Shown one piece after another: positions 21,791-33,178 of a stretch of DNA of 64,000 nucleotides; positions within the stretch are counted from its first letter, which is position 1, and each line of letters opens with the position of its first letter. Position numbers and translations under genes: made by a program. A model generated the notes under the pieces. The model did not search any database. It worked only from the letters and a program-made list of their open reading frames with translations, and was not told where the DNA came from. The stretch comes from Selaginella moellendorffii (taxonomy: Eukaryota > Plantae > Lycopodiophyta): the NCBI RefSeq assembly GCF_000143415.4, contig NW_003314384.1:186001-250000 (forward strand), given 5' to 3'.

Positions 21791-23505
21791 CTAGAGAAAA
21801 GCGGCTAGAGCTTCTACAACTTTCTCGGGCCTGAGACAAAACCATTCAGCAAACTGGAGAACAAAGCAAGGATTTACCAGTCTTCTTGGGGCATGTGGCC
21901 AGCGCCTTCCATGAGAACCGTGCGTATAACATCTGGATTGAGCTTCTCGAACTCCATAGCTTGGGTTTTTGGCAAGTACTTATCTTCCTGTCCCCATGCC
22001 ACCAGAGTGGGTTTGCTCCAGCTGAAAAAGCCGAAGTTAAATCCACAACCTTGAGCCACTGTTTGAAACTTACCTCTTGAAACCTGCCGAAATAGTTGAC
22101 ATCAAGCTTGGAAACGAAACCTTGCGAGCAGCTTCCAGAAGCGCTGCACAGATTCAACCACACACATTTGTAAGTTTAATGATAATTGTCGAAGGATGAA
22201 ATATTTACCGAATCCAGGTCCACTGCTTCCCAAGTAAGGGAGCCGATACACATCCGCCTTTTCCACCTTGAGCACATACCTACATATATACAATTAAAAC
22301 GAGAACACTCACTTGGAGAACTGATACGTACGCACTTCCTTTCTCTATAAACTTTTCGGCCATCATGGCGTCCTGAGATATGAATTCTCCAAGGAACGGA
22401 AGCCTGAGTGCGTAGCATTATAGTATCATTTCCAAACTTCGAGGAGAAAGAAGAAGTACCTCAGCTGATTGAACAGACCAGGCAGTGGAGCCGATGGTGT
22501 CAGCGGGGTGTTTAAGATCACCAGCTTGGAAACTCTTTCCGTGTTCTTAAGGGCCCACGTTAGTCCAAAAGATCCAACAAGAAATCCCTGCTTGTTTGTT
22601 TCAAACATATAAGTCACGAAAATCTAGATTTGCTTGCCTGAGTGACGAGAATAAATGGTGATTCTACTTCGACTTGTGCGAGCACCTTGTTCAGCTCCTC
22701 GTGATATGCTTCCTCTGCATGATCCCATCATGATTCCTGAGAGTTCTCAAAATTGGGGGGGTTACAACACATAGCTCTAGGAAGAAAACCTGTGTAGGAA
22801 AACCTGAAAACAGGCTGCGGTGCTTGGCTGAGTCCGAAACCAAGCCAGTCGGGAGCAATGCAGCGATAGCCAGCATCAGCCATCTGCAAAACCATTACTA
22901 CTCTCTAGCTCGGGAAAGGAGAAAAGTATCGCAATACCTGGGCCATAACATTTCGATAGCTGTAGGATTGAGAAGGTGCTCCGTGAAGGAACACGATTGT
23001 TCCCTTTTTTGCACTCTTTGATCCTGCTTGGTTTTGGAAAACATGCGTACCAATCTCAAGCGATATAGATGAAAGTCGAACCTGTTTCTCGAACGAACCA
23101 GCTAAATTCTCCAACATCCATGAACGATCCAAAGTCTCTTCCTTTGTCCTTGATTTGCTGTCGAGAGAGACACAGCACGAAAATTTTTTTTGCAACCAAA
23201 TTGCCAAAGAAAAAGCTTACCGACATCATGACACCAACGTTTCCATCTTGCCACGGCTCATTGGGCATCTGGAGTGAACCCCGGCTAGACGCATTATCGG
23301 TGACGAACGAGAAAGGCCCAGAGCGGAGCCTCTCATCGCTGTCGCAATTGGGCTCGGCGTCCATCGGCTGTTGATCGTCGAAATTCCTCCCGGCCGCCGC
23401 GCGGACATGGTGAAATCGAGCTGGAGGACGATTCTCAAGCTGCTGCGATCGCCATGGTGGCGGCGCCAAGGATCGCCCAGGCGCACACCACGCCATGGCC
23501 GCCAT
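21791..23505 (-). CDS. Plastid-targeted alpha/beta-fold hydrolase (haloalkane dehalogenase-like), multi-exon
   Basis: Exon peptides FSWFVRETG, GTIVFLHGAP.QSYSYR, APDWLGFGFS, QGFLVGSFGL.WAL, LNTPL, DVYRLPYL, PTLVAWGQEDKYLP, GAGHMPQEDW, PEKVVEAL..FL*; many short GT-AG introns. Confidence 0.88.
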
Positions 23506-24082
23506 GCCCTAGAAGCTCCCCCACACAAATTTGTAAGATTTTAAACTTTTGAAATTCAACGTCTCCGATGGCTTTGGAATGTGGCGACGGTGGAGATTGC
23601 TTTGCTGGGTGCGCACGTCAATGTGACGAGCTGGCTATGGCGGGACGAAGGGTTGGAATATAAAAGAGCTCCAATGTCCATGTTATGCACATGATACACT
23701 ATAACACTGCCATTTCTTTTGCGGCGGCATTCTCCACACACCCATTTCGCTTTGCTCGCTGCTACTCTCTCCTGTCCTTGCGCTCTGCCTTGCTGCCGCT
23801 CTGCCCAAATCTTCGCCAAAGAATCCCACTTTTTTTCTCTCGCTCTCCAATTCGTGCGCTCTCTGCGTGCGCACCAGATTCTCCTCCACCATAGCCTAGC
23901 CTAGTGTAGAGCTCAACTGATCAGATTCCCAACGAGAAATAAGAAAAGAACGAGTTCCATTCCATCCATAGTTTTTCTCTAGCTCGCTAGCGAGAGAGAG
24001 AGAGAGAGAGAGTGTGTTTAGTTCCTTTCACTCAAAATCTTTGATCCGTCGGAAAAGGAGAATGTGTCAGATCATCTTGATA

Positions 24083-24541
24083 ATGGGTAGGCAGATTAGA
24101 TCCAAGCGGCAGAGGCGGCTGTCGCAAGTGATGGACGAATTCTCGATCACCCATGATCACGACCTCGAGGAAGATCAAGCAGTGGTCGCAAACAACGCTG
24201 CCGCTACCAACAATGCTCTCGCTCTTGATCAAGCTGCCGACCTCGCAAACACCGCTAACGATCTTGCGCAGCAGCCACAGCAGCCACAGCAGCCACAGCA
24301 GCATCATCACCATCGCTCCGCCAAATCGCTGTGGAAGATCGTCAAGGTTCCAGTGCTTCTCCTGGGGAGCTTGTTTGGGCTGGGCGAGCATTACATGTCG
24401 GACTACTTCGATAGCATGGGGACGGGCGATGCTCTGCGCGATGCGAGGCTGCGCGTGTGGTTGAGACAAGATCCATCGCTCGCCGATCGACACTACATGA
24501 TGGTCCAGAGCGGCATGAGGTACTCCTTCTTCCTCTACTAG
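24083..24541 (+). CDS. Small uncharacterised protein, low-complexity N-half and conserved-looking C-terminus
   Basis: Intronless ORF with host-like codon usage; TATAAAA at 23659; CT/GA-rich leader; C-terminus LWKIVKVP..VWL..HYMMVQSGMRYSFFLY*. Start may be 24131. Confidence 0.65.
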   Translation: MGRQIRSKRQRRLSQVMDEFSITHDHDLEEDQAVVANNAAATNNALALDQAADLANTANDLAQQPQQPQQPQQHHHHRSAKSLWKIVKVPVLLLGSLFGLGEHYMSDYFDSMGTGDALRDARLRVWLRQDPSLADRHYMMVQSGMRYSFFLY

Positions 24542-26531
24542 CTAGAGCGCTAGCCAGCCAGCCATGGATGGAGGTTAATTCATGCTATATCTTCTCTTCC
24601 ACTTCGAATTCCACTTCCACACAAGTATGTATCTTTCTAAATCGATCGGCCTCCTCTCCTCCAAGCTTTCGGGATCCAGAGCTATAGCTCGCTTCGTCCT
24701 GGAGGAGCTTTTCTTTAAAAGAAGAACGCCTGGCAGCTACCGGCAAGATCACAAGTCTTTGGTTTCCTCTTCTTAAATCCAGGTACTATCGCGGCTCGCG
24801 ATCGGTGGCTTTTGGATTAGCTCGATCGATTGGATTGCGGACTCAACTCTCAAGGATTCCCTGCCGCGGCTGCAGCAACTGTTTCTCCCCTGCTAAAGAT
24901 CAGAAAAAAAACGAAAAAGAAAAAGGCAGAGAGTTTGGGCTTAAAAAGTGGTGTGGGATTCCAGGAGCACGATCGCGCCATGAGGCAGCCAGCGTGGATG
25001 GATGAGATTGTGTTGCTCTCAGCCAAGAAACAATCCATCTCTTGTTTCCTTTGGTTTTGGGCTTGAATGGATCCATAGGATAAGCAGAGCTTTCTTCCAG
25101 GAGGAGGAGGCAGCGAGCAGACACAGACATGAATGCAACAGCTGGGCTTGTTTGTTTGCGAGTTTCTGGTTGCATAGAGGTCACCAGATTATACTAAACA
25201 AATGCTCCAGGATCCACTCCACAACAACTTGATCGATCTTTTGGGTCTTTCAAGGTGGTGCCTTTCCAAATTTCCAAAAAAAATATCAAAGCTTTTGAGC
25301 TCTCCATGTCGCATTCCAAATGCTTTCCCCCATTTCCTGACCCTCCTGACCACACTGTCGTCCTGCCCATTCACATTCATGAGATCATCAATTCCATGTC
25401 CATAGTGATATTCCAAGTTTTCCGCTGATCGATCTCTCTCTCTCTCTCTGGTCGATGGATCAATCAATCAATCAATCAATCAGGCAAGGATCATGTATCG
25501 AGTCGAGCAGAGACCATGGAATGGATCAAATCTTCTATAGCCCCCGGCATGAGTTTTGCATGATCAACCCACCGTAAAGAGTCTCTCTCTCTTTTCTTTT
25601 CGTTCTCTCTTTGCGAGCAAGCGTTGTACACACACGCCCATGGTACCCGGGGCATATTCCCGGCATTGCTTTGCCCAAAGGCGGTTCTTTCCCGCTTGCG
25701 TTCCTGGCACGGAAATCAATGAAATCTATCATTCCAATCCAAATCCGTACATCAATGTGCTGAGCACACAGGAGAAAGAGAATAATGGTTCTAAAAAAGA
25801 AAATAGCTCGCCACCTTTGCCAGCACTGTACTTTGCGAGGTTAGCAAATGCCGTGGCTGGGCATTTTGGTAAGAGCCAAATTCTAATCACGAGAAAAGAG
25901 AGGCCACTCAGGGAAAAAGGGGACCCTCAATCAAGAGCGCGTTGGAGTCCTTGATTGATTGATGGATTCTTTCATCAATCGCTTGCTTTGGTTGGACACG
26001 CCAGTGATCTTATCTCTCTCTCGCAAAAATTCTCGACTGTAGTATTGATCTCTGGTTTGAAACAAAACCGAGGAATCGCGATGATGGGCGATATGAATCG
26101 ATGATAAACAATGATCGCGAGGGAGAATGTACACAAGGAAACGCACCCCGGCACTAGAAAAATCATTGCTTCTGGATCAGATCCATGGAAAGCTTTACAA
26201 GTGTAAGTTACTGTCGCTTCGCATTCCACTCAAATTGACTTCCAAAATTCGAGCAAAAAGGAGAGCGCGTGGACCTGACAAAAGGAGAACTTGTTCATCA
26301 CGAATATGATACAAATCCAGAATCGATGGATCGAGACGGGAGCTTTCATGAGTCGGAAAAAATTTTCGCGAGTGGATTGAGGGATCCACACTACAATATC
26401 TCTCTCTCCAATCCGTGAGTAGCAATCCACGAGACACTTTCATTTCAAATGGTGGCACTGTTCTTCGATCGCGAGCTCGCGTGATCACGTCTGCCAGCTT
26501 TTCTTAAGCTGGATTGATAATCTCGGCCTTT

Positions 26532-28745
26532 TTATCTCGCTGCGTAGATGTTGGATAGCATAACATGCGCGGCATCGCTCGTGGGATCCAGCTTGAACAC
26601 ATTCTCCGCGACTCGAGCTCCACGACCGGCGTCGTGCTGCGTCCTACAAGCGCTCAGCAAAGAACCCAACACCTTATCGTCAGCCTCGAAAGGCATGGTT
26701 TCTACAAGCTCCTCCGCGAACTGGAGCTGCCCGGCTCGAGCTAGAGCTCCCACCAGGCAGCCATAGTGCTCCAGCAGCGGCGCCAGGCCGTGATCAAACC
26801 GGATGGACTGGAAGCCCGTGACGCTGCGGTGGAGAACTCCGATGTGGTTGCAAGCCACCAGCAAGCTCGTGAGTGAGATCTCGTCGGCTCGTTCGCCATG
26901 GAGAAGCATCCGGTAGAAGAAGTCGAGTGATTCTCTGCCGCGGCCAGCGGTCGCATAGGCCGCGCTCATGGCGCTCCACACCACCATCTCCAGGCTCGGT
27001 AGCATCTCGAAGAGATCTCTGGCGTGCTCCAGATCGCCATACTGGATGAACGCTTGGAGGATGACGATCCATGAGACAAAGTCGCGCTCGGGACACAGTC
27101 GATCAAACATGAACTTCGCAGCGGCGAGGTTGCCGTTTTGAGCGTAAGCCTGGAGCATGCTCGTGCACGACACGGAGTTTTGCTCCGGGATCACGTCAAA
27201 GAGAGCCTTGGCCTCGTCGACATGGCCTTCTTGCGCGTAAGCTTGCAGCATCGTCGTCCACGACACGAGGTTTCTCTGCGGCATTGAATCGAACACGCTC
27301 CTCGCGAACTCCAGATCACCGGCGCGAGCGTATGCTTGCAGCATCGTCGTCCAGCTTACAACGTTTCGCTCTGGCATCCGATCGAAGGTGGCCTTGGTGG
27401 CTTCCAGATCCCCGCTCTCGGCACACGCCGAGAGGAAGGCCGTCCAGGAAACCATGTTCTTCTCGGGCATGGTTTGGAAGAGCTCCTTGGCCGATTCCAA
27501 GCTTCCCTTTTGTGCGTAGGCTTGGAGCATGATCACCCACGACACCGAGTCCCTCTCGGGCATGCCATCAAACATCGTTTTTGCTCCCTCCAGATGACCG
27601 TTTTGCGCATACGCTTGCAGCATTGCCGTCCACGAGATCGTGTTCCTCTCTTTCATGCTATCAAACGTTGCTTTTGCGGTCTCTAAGTTGCCGCTTTGTC
27701 CATAGGCCGAGATGAGCGAGTTCCAAGCAACCAAGTTCCTCTCGGGCATGGATTTGTACATGGTGGACGCGCCTTGGAAGTGGCCGCTGGAAGCGTAGAG
27801 TTGAAGCATGGAAGTCCAAGACACGACGTTCCTCTCGGGCATGGCGTCAAACATCTGCTTGGCTTGCTCGAGCTGCCCGTTCCGGGCGTAAGCTTGGATC
27901 ATCGCATTCCAGGCCACCATATCTCTCGTTGGCATCCTGTCAAACAAGAACTTTGCTTCCTCGTGCTTCCCATGGTCCGCGTATGCCACCACCATTGTTG
28001 TCCAGGACACGACGTTCCTCTCGGGGATCAAGTCAAAGACCCTCTTTGCTCCTTCAAGATGCCCGTTTTGGGCATATGCTTGAAGCAGAGTGGTCCAAGA
28101 CACAACGTTGGGCTTATTGATCTTCTCAAACATGGATTGAGCTTCTTCCAGAAAACCCTTTTCTCCATAAGCCTGGAGCATTGCGGTGTAGGAGATTCCG
28201 TTCTTTTCTGGCATCTTTTGAAAGAGTTGCTCGGCCTTTTCAAGCTGCCCTCTTTGGGCATATGCTGTAAGCATGGCGTTCCACGAGACAACGTTCTTTG
28301 TGGGCATCAAGCAAAAGACGTTCCAAGCTCCATCTAGATTCCCATTTTGCGAGAACGCAGTAAGAATGGCATTCCAAGAAACAACGTCCTTCTCAGGCAT
28401 TTTGTCAAACGCCGTCTTTGCCTCGTGTAGATACCCATTTTGGGCATACGCGGTGACGATGATATTCCACGAGAAGAGATCCGGCTGCTCGAGGTTGTCA
28501 AACACACTGCGCGCATCGCCCATGCTACCGCACTTCCCGTACATCTGGATCACCAGATTTGCGAGATACTTGTCGCTGCGGAAGCTCGTTGCCTGGATCT
28601 GCGAGTGGACGTTTCTTCCCCTGGCAAGGTCCTTGGAAGTGTTGCACGATCTGAGAAGTGCCGCAAACAGCGATTGAGTGCCTCTTGTTTCGCGCGGAGA
28701 TGATGGCTGCTTGGCAATTGTTTGCTGCTGCTGCTGCATGATCAT
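26532..28745 (-). CDS. PLS-class PPR protein (long run of 31-aa SS-type repeats) with E domain, no DYW
   Basis: 737-aa intronless ORF; repeats such as NVVSWTTMLQAYAQ.G.L..AK..FD.MPER; ends HYGCLVGALARAGQL..AEELVETMPF..HVMLSNIY. Confidence 0.95.
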   Translation of the reverse strand: MIMQQQQQTIAKQPSSPRETRGTQSLFAALLRSCNTSKDLARGRNVHSQIQATSFRSDKYLANLVIQMYGKCGSMGDARSVFDNLEQPDLFSWNIIVTAYAQNGYLHEAKTAFDKMPEKDVVSWNAILTAFSQNGNLDGAWNVFCLMPTKNVVSWNAMLTAYAQRGQLEKAEQLFQKMPEKNGISYTAMLQAYGEKGFLEEAQSMFEKINKPNVVSWTTLLQAYAQNGHLEGAKRVFDLIPERNVVSWTTMVVAYADHGKHEEAKFLFDRMPTRDMVAWNAMIQAYARNGQLEQAKQMFDAMPERNVVSWTSMLQLYASSGHFQGASTMYKSMPERNLVAWNSLISAYGQSGNLETAKATFDSMKERNTISWTAMLQAYAQNGHLEGAKTMFDGMPERDSVSWVIMLQAYAQKGSLESAKELFQTMPEKNMVSWTAFLSACAESGDLEATKATFDRMPERNVVSWTTMLQAYARAGDLEFARSVFDSMPQRNLVSWTTMLQAYAQEGHVDEAKALFDVIPEQNSVSCTSMLQAYAQNGNLAAAKFMFDRLCPERDFVSWIVILQAFIQYGDLEHARDLFEMLPSLEMVVWSAMSAAYATAGRGRESLDFFYRMLLHGERADEISLTSLLVACNHIGVLHRSVTGFQSIRFDHGLAPLLEHYGCLVGALARAGQLQFAEELVETMPFEADDKVLGSLLSACRTQHDAGRGARVAENVFKLDPTSDAAHVMLSNIYAAR

Positions 28746-28796
28746 AGCTAACCATCATCGAGCAAAACATCTAAAATTGGTGTTCGTCCCTAAATT

Positions 28797-29453
28797 ATGG
28801 GAGGAGTTTGCGGGAAGGATGATCGCCAGCCGCGTTGTGGTATTGAGCTTCCGCCGCCACCCCGTATCCGTGGCAGCAAATGGCTTGAGGAAAGGGAGCT
28901 CGAGTCCCTGGCCAAGAGCAAAGGCGAGTTTAGCTTAGTCCCAACTTGTAGTGCCTTAGACAGCCCCAAGCGAGTGGATTGGACTAAAATCGTGCAAGAC
29001 TGTGCCGCACAAGGAGATTGGAGCGTCCGAAGTGGAAGCAGCTGGGCCGATTCCCTGGCGATATGAGCCATGGCTAAGATTGGAGCGCCCAAGCTTGCAA
29101 CTCAGCCTGGAGGAGACATGGTAGTGGTATACCTCGAGGGAAGCAGGCCGGTGTTAAAGATGAAGAAGGTTCCCGATGACTTGCTGGAGGCACTCGTAGC
29201 TAGGCATCCGGTGGTGACCAGCCTCCGCTGTACCCAGGGGCGTGTGATCGATCCGGGCTTCACTTCATATGAACTCAATCCGTATCCATTCTACAACGGA
29301 GATTACAATCTTAAGTGCCTCCCACGCTGCTCGGTGTTGGTGGGCTACGACCGCTTGTTTTGGACCATCTTTGACACCGAATTCAACGTAGTTTACAATG
29401 CTTGTAAGAACCGACACACTGGAGTGGGGGAGATCGTACTCGTGCCTATGTAA
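28797..29453 (+). pseudogene. Divergent papain-fold (peptidase C1-like) ORF with one in-frame TGA
   Basis: ORFs 28797-29066 and 29070-29453 are in one frame. Motifs PKRVDW, QG..SGSSWA, ARHPVVTSL, SVLVGYD and FWTIFDT follow the order of papain P..VDWR, QG.CGSCWA, QPVSVAI, HAV.IVGYG and YWI.KNS. Confidence 0.55.
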
Positions 29454-29680
29454 CGTAGAGTGGTTGTCCACCAGAGCACCAAGTGTTTGCATGGTTGTCT
29501 TGGAACATTTAAACTCGTTCAGCAACATTTCTAAGGAGGTGGCGGAGGCTAGGAAGCTCCGCCAGCATCTCAGCCTTACTGGTGGAAGAATGGACTAAGA
29601 AAACCAAATGCTTTCTCATTCATTCTTTTATATCTATCCTGTTCTTAACCGTAAGTTCTGCTAGTCTCCTTCGGCCTTGA

Positions 29681-32158
29681 TTAGCTCCCTCTTATAAGCT
29701 TGTCATCCACTAAGCTCCTGTAAGGAAAGGATTTGGGACTAATCAGCACGAGGCCGATATGATATATCGATGGCAAACCAGTGCTGAAGTGAGGATTATC
29801 CCAGGCCAACACCGCCGAGCTGCTTGTTGAGCATCTCCTGCTCTTGCTCCTGCTCCCCTTCCAACTCCTGGGCAGAACACAGTAAATAGTAAGCATGTTT
29901 TCAAACCAGAATTTCAAGCAAACCCCCCACCTGTAGCATCTTGTGAAGGAGAGGCCCCAGCTCACACTTCCCAGTCACCACGGCAACCACCTTTCTAAGG
30001 TCGTCGCTTGCTACCTCCTTGCACACAGCAACGTCCCTCTCGCTCAAGCTGGTATTGCTTGTTCCGCGGATTTGGGAGCAGCACACCAAGCTCTGCAACG
30101 CCTTGTCGTCCAAGTCGGCACTTGGTTTACTGGCACCCGCCTGGCCACGCTTGTGCTGCTGCCATGCGGCCAGCAGCCGGAGCACTGGCTGCGTCACGTC
30201 TCGGCACAGTGCAATGGTCGGCTCGAACAAATGGTGCTCCACAATCTCCCGCGAAGCACCTGCACATACACATATGAATGCTGTGAACACAAATCTCTCT
30301 CTAGAGATCTGTACCTGGCAGCTTGAAGTCTCGCGCAAGATCAGCCCTGGAGTACGTCGGAAGAGTAAAGTCGTACCCCTCATCGGTGCCGTATGGGCAG
30401 ACAGCCCCTCCCGATACCTCCATGCGCTTCCAGAAGCGCAGCTCCTGCCATGCACACGTAAGTCTTCGTGCAGAAAAATCAAGCAAGATCATACCTCCAC
30501 AAGGTAGTAAATCACTTCGTTGACACCCCCTTCGTCTCCGTTCTCCACGACCGGCAGCCGCGGCATGAGCATCTGGTAGCCTCCAGCGGCTGCCCGGGAG
30601 CGGATCTCGTCCAGGAGCATCCAGCTGCACTCTTCCTCCTCCTCCGCCTCCCCTTGCAAGCTCACCGCGGCCAACAAGTTGACAAAGCTCCTTTCCAGCC
30701 TCAGGCTTTGCATCCTCCTGGGCAGGCTTTGCATCCATATGTCGCACTTGGCCGCAACACGGTCATTGTCGTCGTCGGCCAGACCCGACTTCACCTCCTG
30801 CAGCAGCGACGAGTTTGTACACGGCGGCCATCCCAGCCGGTTATAAGCCATGTTGATGTGCTCCACCATGGCTCTGTGCTTCGACTGCCCCCCCTGGCAG
30901 CGGAGCCACGAATGGAAGAGGCGAGCCACGGTGTTGCTTGCAAAGTCGAGCTCCACAACGGACGTGTGGAGCTCCACTAAGGCGACCATGTGGGAGCATC
31001 TGTCACCCCACAGGCTGGAGGAGCAGTCTGCGGCAGCTTGAGACAAATCCACACCCGAATCCTTGATAGCCTGCACAGTAGCCGATTTAAGACCTCTCCA
31101 AGTGTTATGTATACGTACCTCGATCATCTTTTCGACAAAAGTTACTGGGATGCATGCTACGGGAGTGAAAGGGTTGTCCCCTTGCTGCATCATCCCACCT
31201 CGAAAACGAACCCAAGCCTCCAGCTGCTCAACGTCGCTCGAGGAGAGCGGCACCGCCTGCGAGCTGGAGGTGACGTTGAACACAAAGGAGAGTGCCAGCT
31301 GAAGCATGCATAGGATGCCAGTCCCCGCCAGCTCCGGTGGCAGCGTCAGCCCTTGGCTCCGATCGCCCACTTCCTTGCTGGGAGCAATGAAATGCTTGTC
31401 CAGGTGGTGCTTGACGAATTGCACAAGGTAAAAGTGCTTGGCCACCAGGAGCCAGGTATAGAAGAGCCGGCACACCATCTCGGTTACATCGAAGGCGTCG
31501 CAAGGCTGCGGCAGCTCGACCATCGTCTCGGCCTGGGTCTCGACCGCAGCAATGGTTGACGGCTTGATATGGCAAAGCATGGCATACATCTCTGCCGGTC
31601 GAGACGGAGTTATATACATTGATCGATGAAACATACTTCGGCATACCTTCAAGGATGTGATCAGAGTGAGGAGCGTACGGAACATCTCTGGACGTATACT
31701 AGGAAGACAAGAAAGCACAGGAGTGAGAGAAATCCATGAAGGTGTGTGCTTACAGCTACGAGCAGCGACATGATCGCCTTGAACGCTGGCCTGTTGGAGA
31801 AGCAAGCCATTGGACGCCAATCGTGGGCAACGTCAGTGCCAGGATCCGCGTAGCGGCAAAGGCTGAGAGCCAGGCGCACGAAAGCCGCTCCAAAGAAAGG
31901 AAAGTTCTCGGACGCGGCCAACTCCCAGATGTCGTAACGCACCTTGTCGATGCTGATTCTGGGCAGGGAAGCGAAGTGGTGCAGCTCCTCCAGGAAGCTC
32001 GGGTACAGGGATGCAATCGCACACCGTCGGTACAGGTCGTGGATGATGTGCTCGAACCTCTTGCCGGCGGGGCCGTGCAGCCACAAGTAGAAGAGCGCAA
32101 TGGCATTGTCATCCACCCAGAAGAGCTTGCGCCGTTGCGACTCCCGCGTTACCTCCAT
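29681..32158 (-). CDS. Multi-exon hypothetical protein with an internal repeated motif (3' end uncertain)
   Basis: Phase-consistent exons 32158-31754, 31698-31647 and 31591-~30495, then further exons in 30450-29700; GC-rich coding-like composition; no recognised domain. Confidence 0.55.
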
Positions 32159-33178
32159 AAACCTTGCGATGTCCGTACAATTTATTTATCTCACCTGTTA
32201 ATTTAAATTAATTATTTTAAGTAGTACTTTTAAACAGTTTAAACATTTTTTTTAAAATTATATATATTCTAAAAATATTTTAAAAGAAAATGTATGTATC
32301 CATTTTCTATTGATCCCAACTCAATATACAATATATCCTCTATCAAACTAAAAAAGATTTTGCCTCAAACCAATTACATTGGAGGTAATATATATTGTCA
32401 AGAGAAAAAAAAGATTTTGTGCATAGACTTAACCTTTTTTCATAGAACTATTAATTAGATTTCTTGCATATTATAGATAAGAAAATTTATATTTTAAAAA
32501 CCTCTACTTAAATTCCATGATATATTCTATAATGATAGGTTTTGATATTATAAGATAATAATACATATTTTAAGGTTTATCATAATTGGATGAATAAAGC
32601 CACTAGAAGAAAATTTATAATTATTACCCATGCTTACACTCTTTTGGTGAAGCTTCTTGGTTTTACAATTATGGGGTGTGAAATTTTAGTTTTCAAAATA
32701 TGGTATTCTTGAAAATTTGGTAAAGGAAATTATATAAATATCAAACTTAATACTCTAGGTTATATGATTAAAGAGTCATAATATTAAAAAAAAAAAGCAT
32801 ACTTTTTCTTTTTAATTTTAAATTTGATCATTAGACGAGATATGATAAATTTTGTGTTTTTCTAAAAATAGTGATTCGCTCTTGTTAGAGTGATAATCGC
32901 AAACTTGGAGATTAAAACAAACTTGGGTATTAAAACAAAACATTCACTTTTATTTTTCCATTTATTCGTAAGTATCCACATTTTTATAATAAGTACATCA
33001 TTAAATAAAACAAATATTTTGCTGCATGCACAACAATGGTTTGGTTTGCTTATTTATTAAAAATAAAATAAAATAATTTAAATATAAACTTAAAAAGGTC
33101 TAATAAATTTCTATCATCTTTAGAGTTCTTTGAATCAATTTTTTCTTTAATTACATAAATTTAATATAAATTTAATAG

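Noticed and set aside
24600-26500. Conserved miRNA precursor or hidden CDS
   Set aside because: No full match to conserved plant miRNAs that I recall, no long stem, and the short ORFs lack motifs.
29064-29066. Selenocysteine or programmed read-through at the in-frame TGA
   Set aside because: Land plants lack selenoprotein machinery and the TGA is not at the catalytic position; a CGA>TGA or TGG>TGA mutation is simpler.
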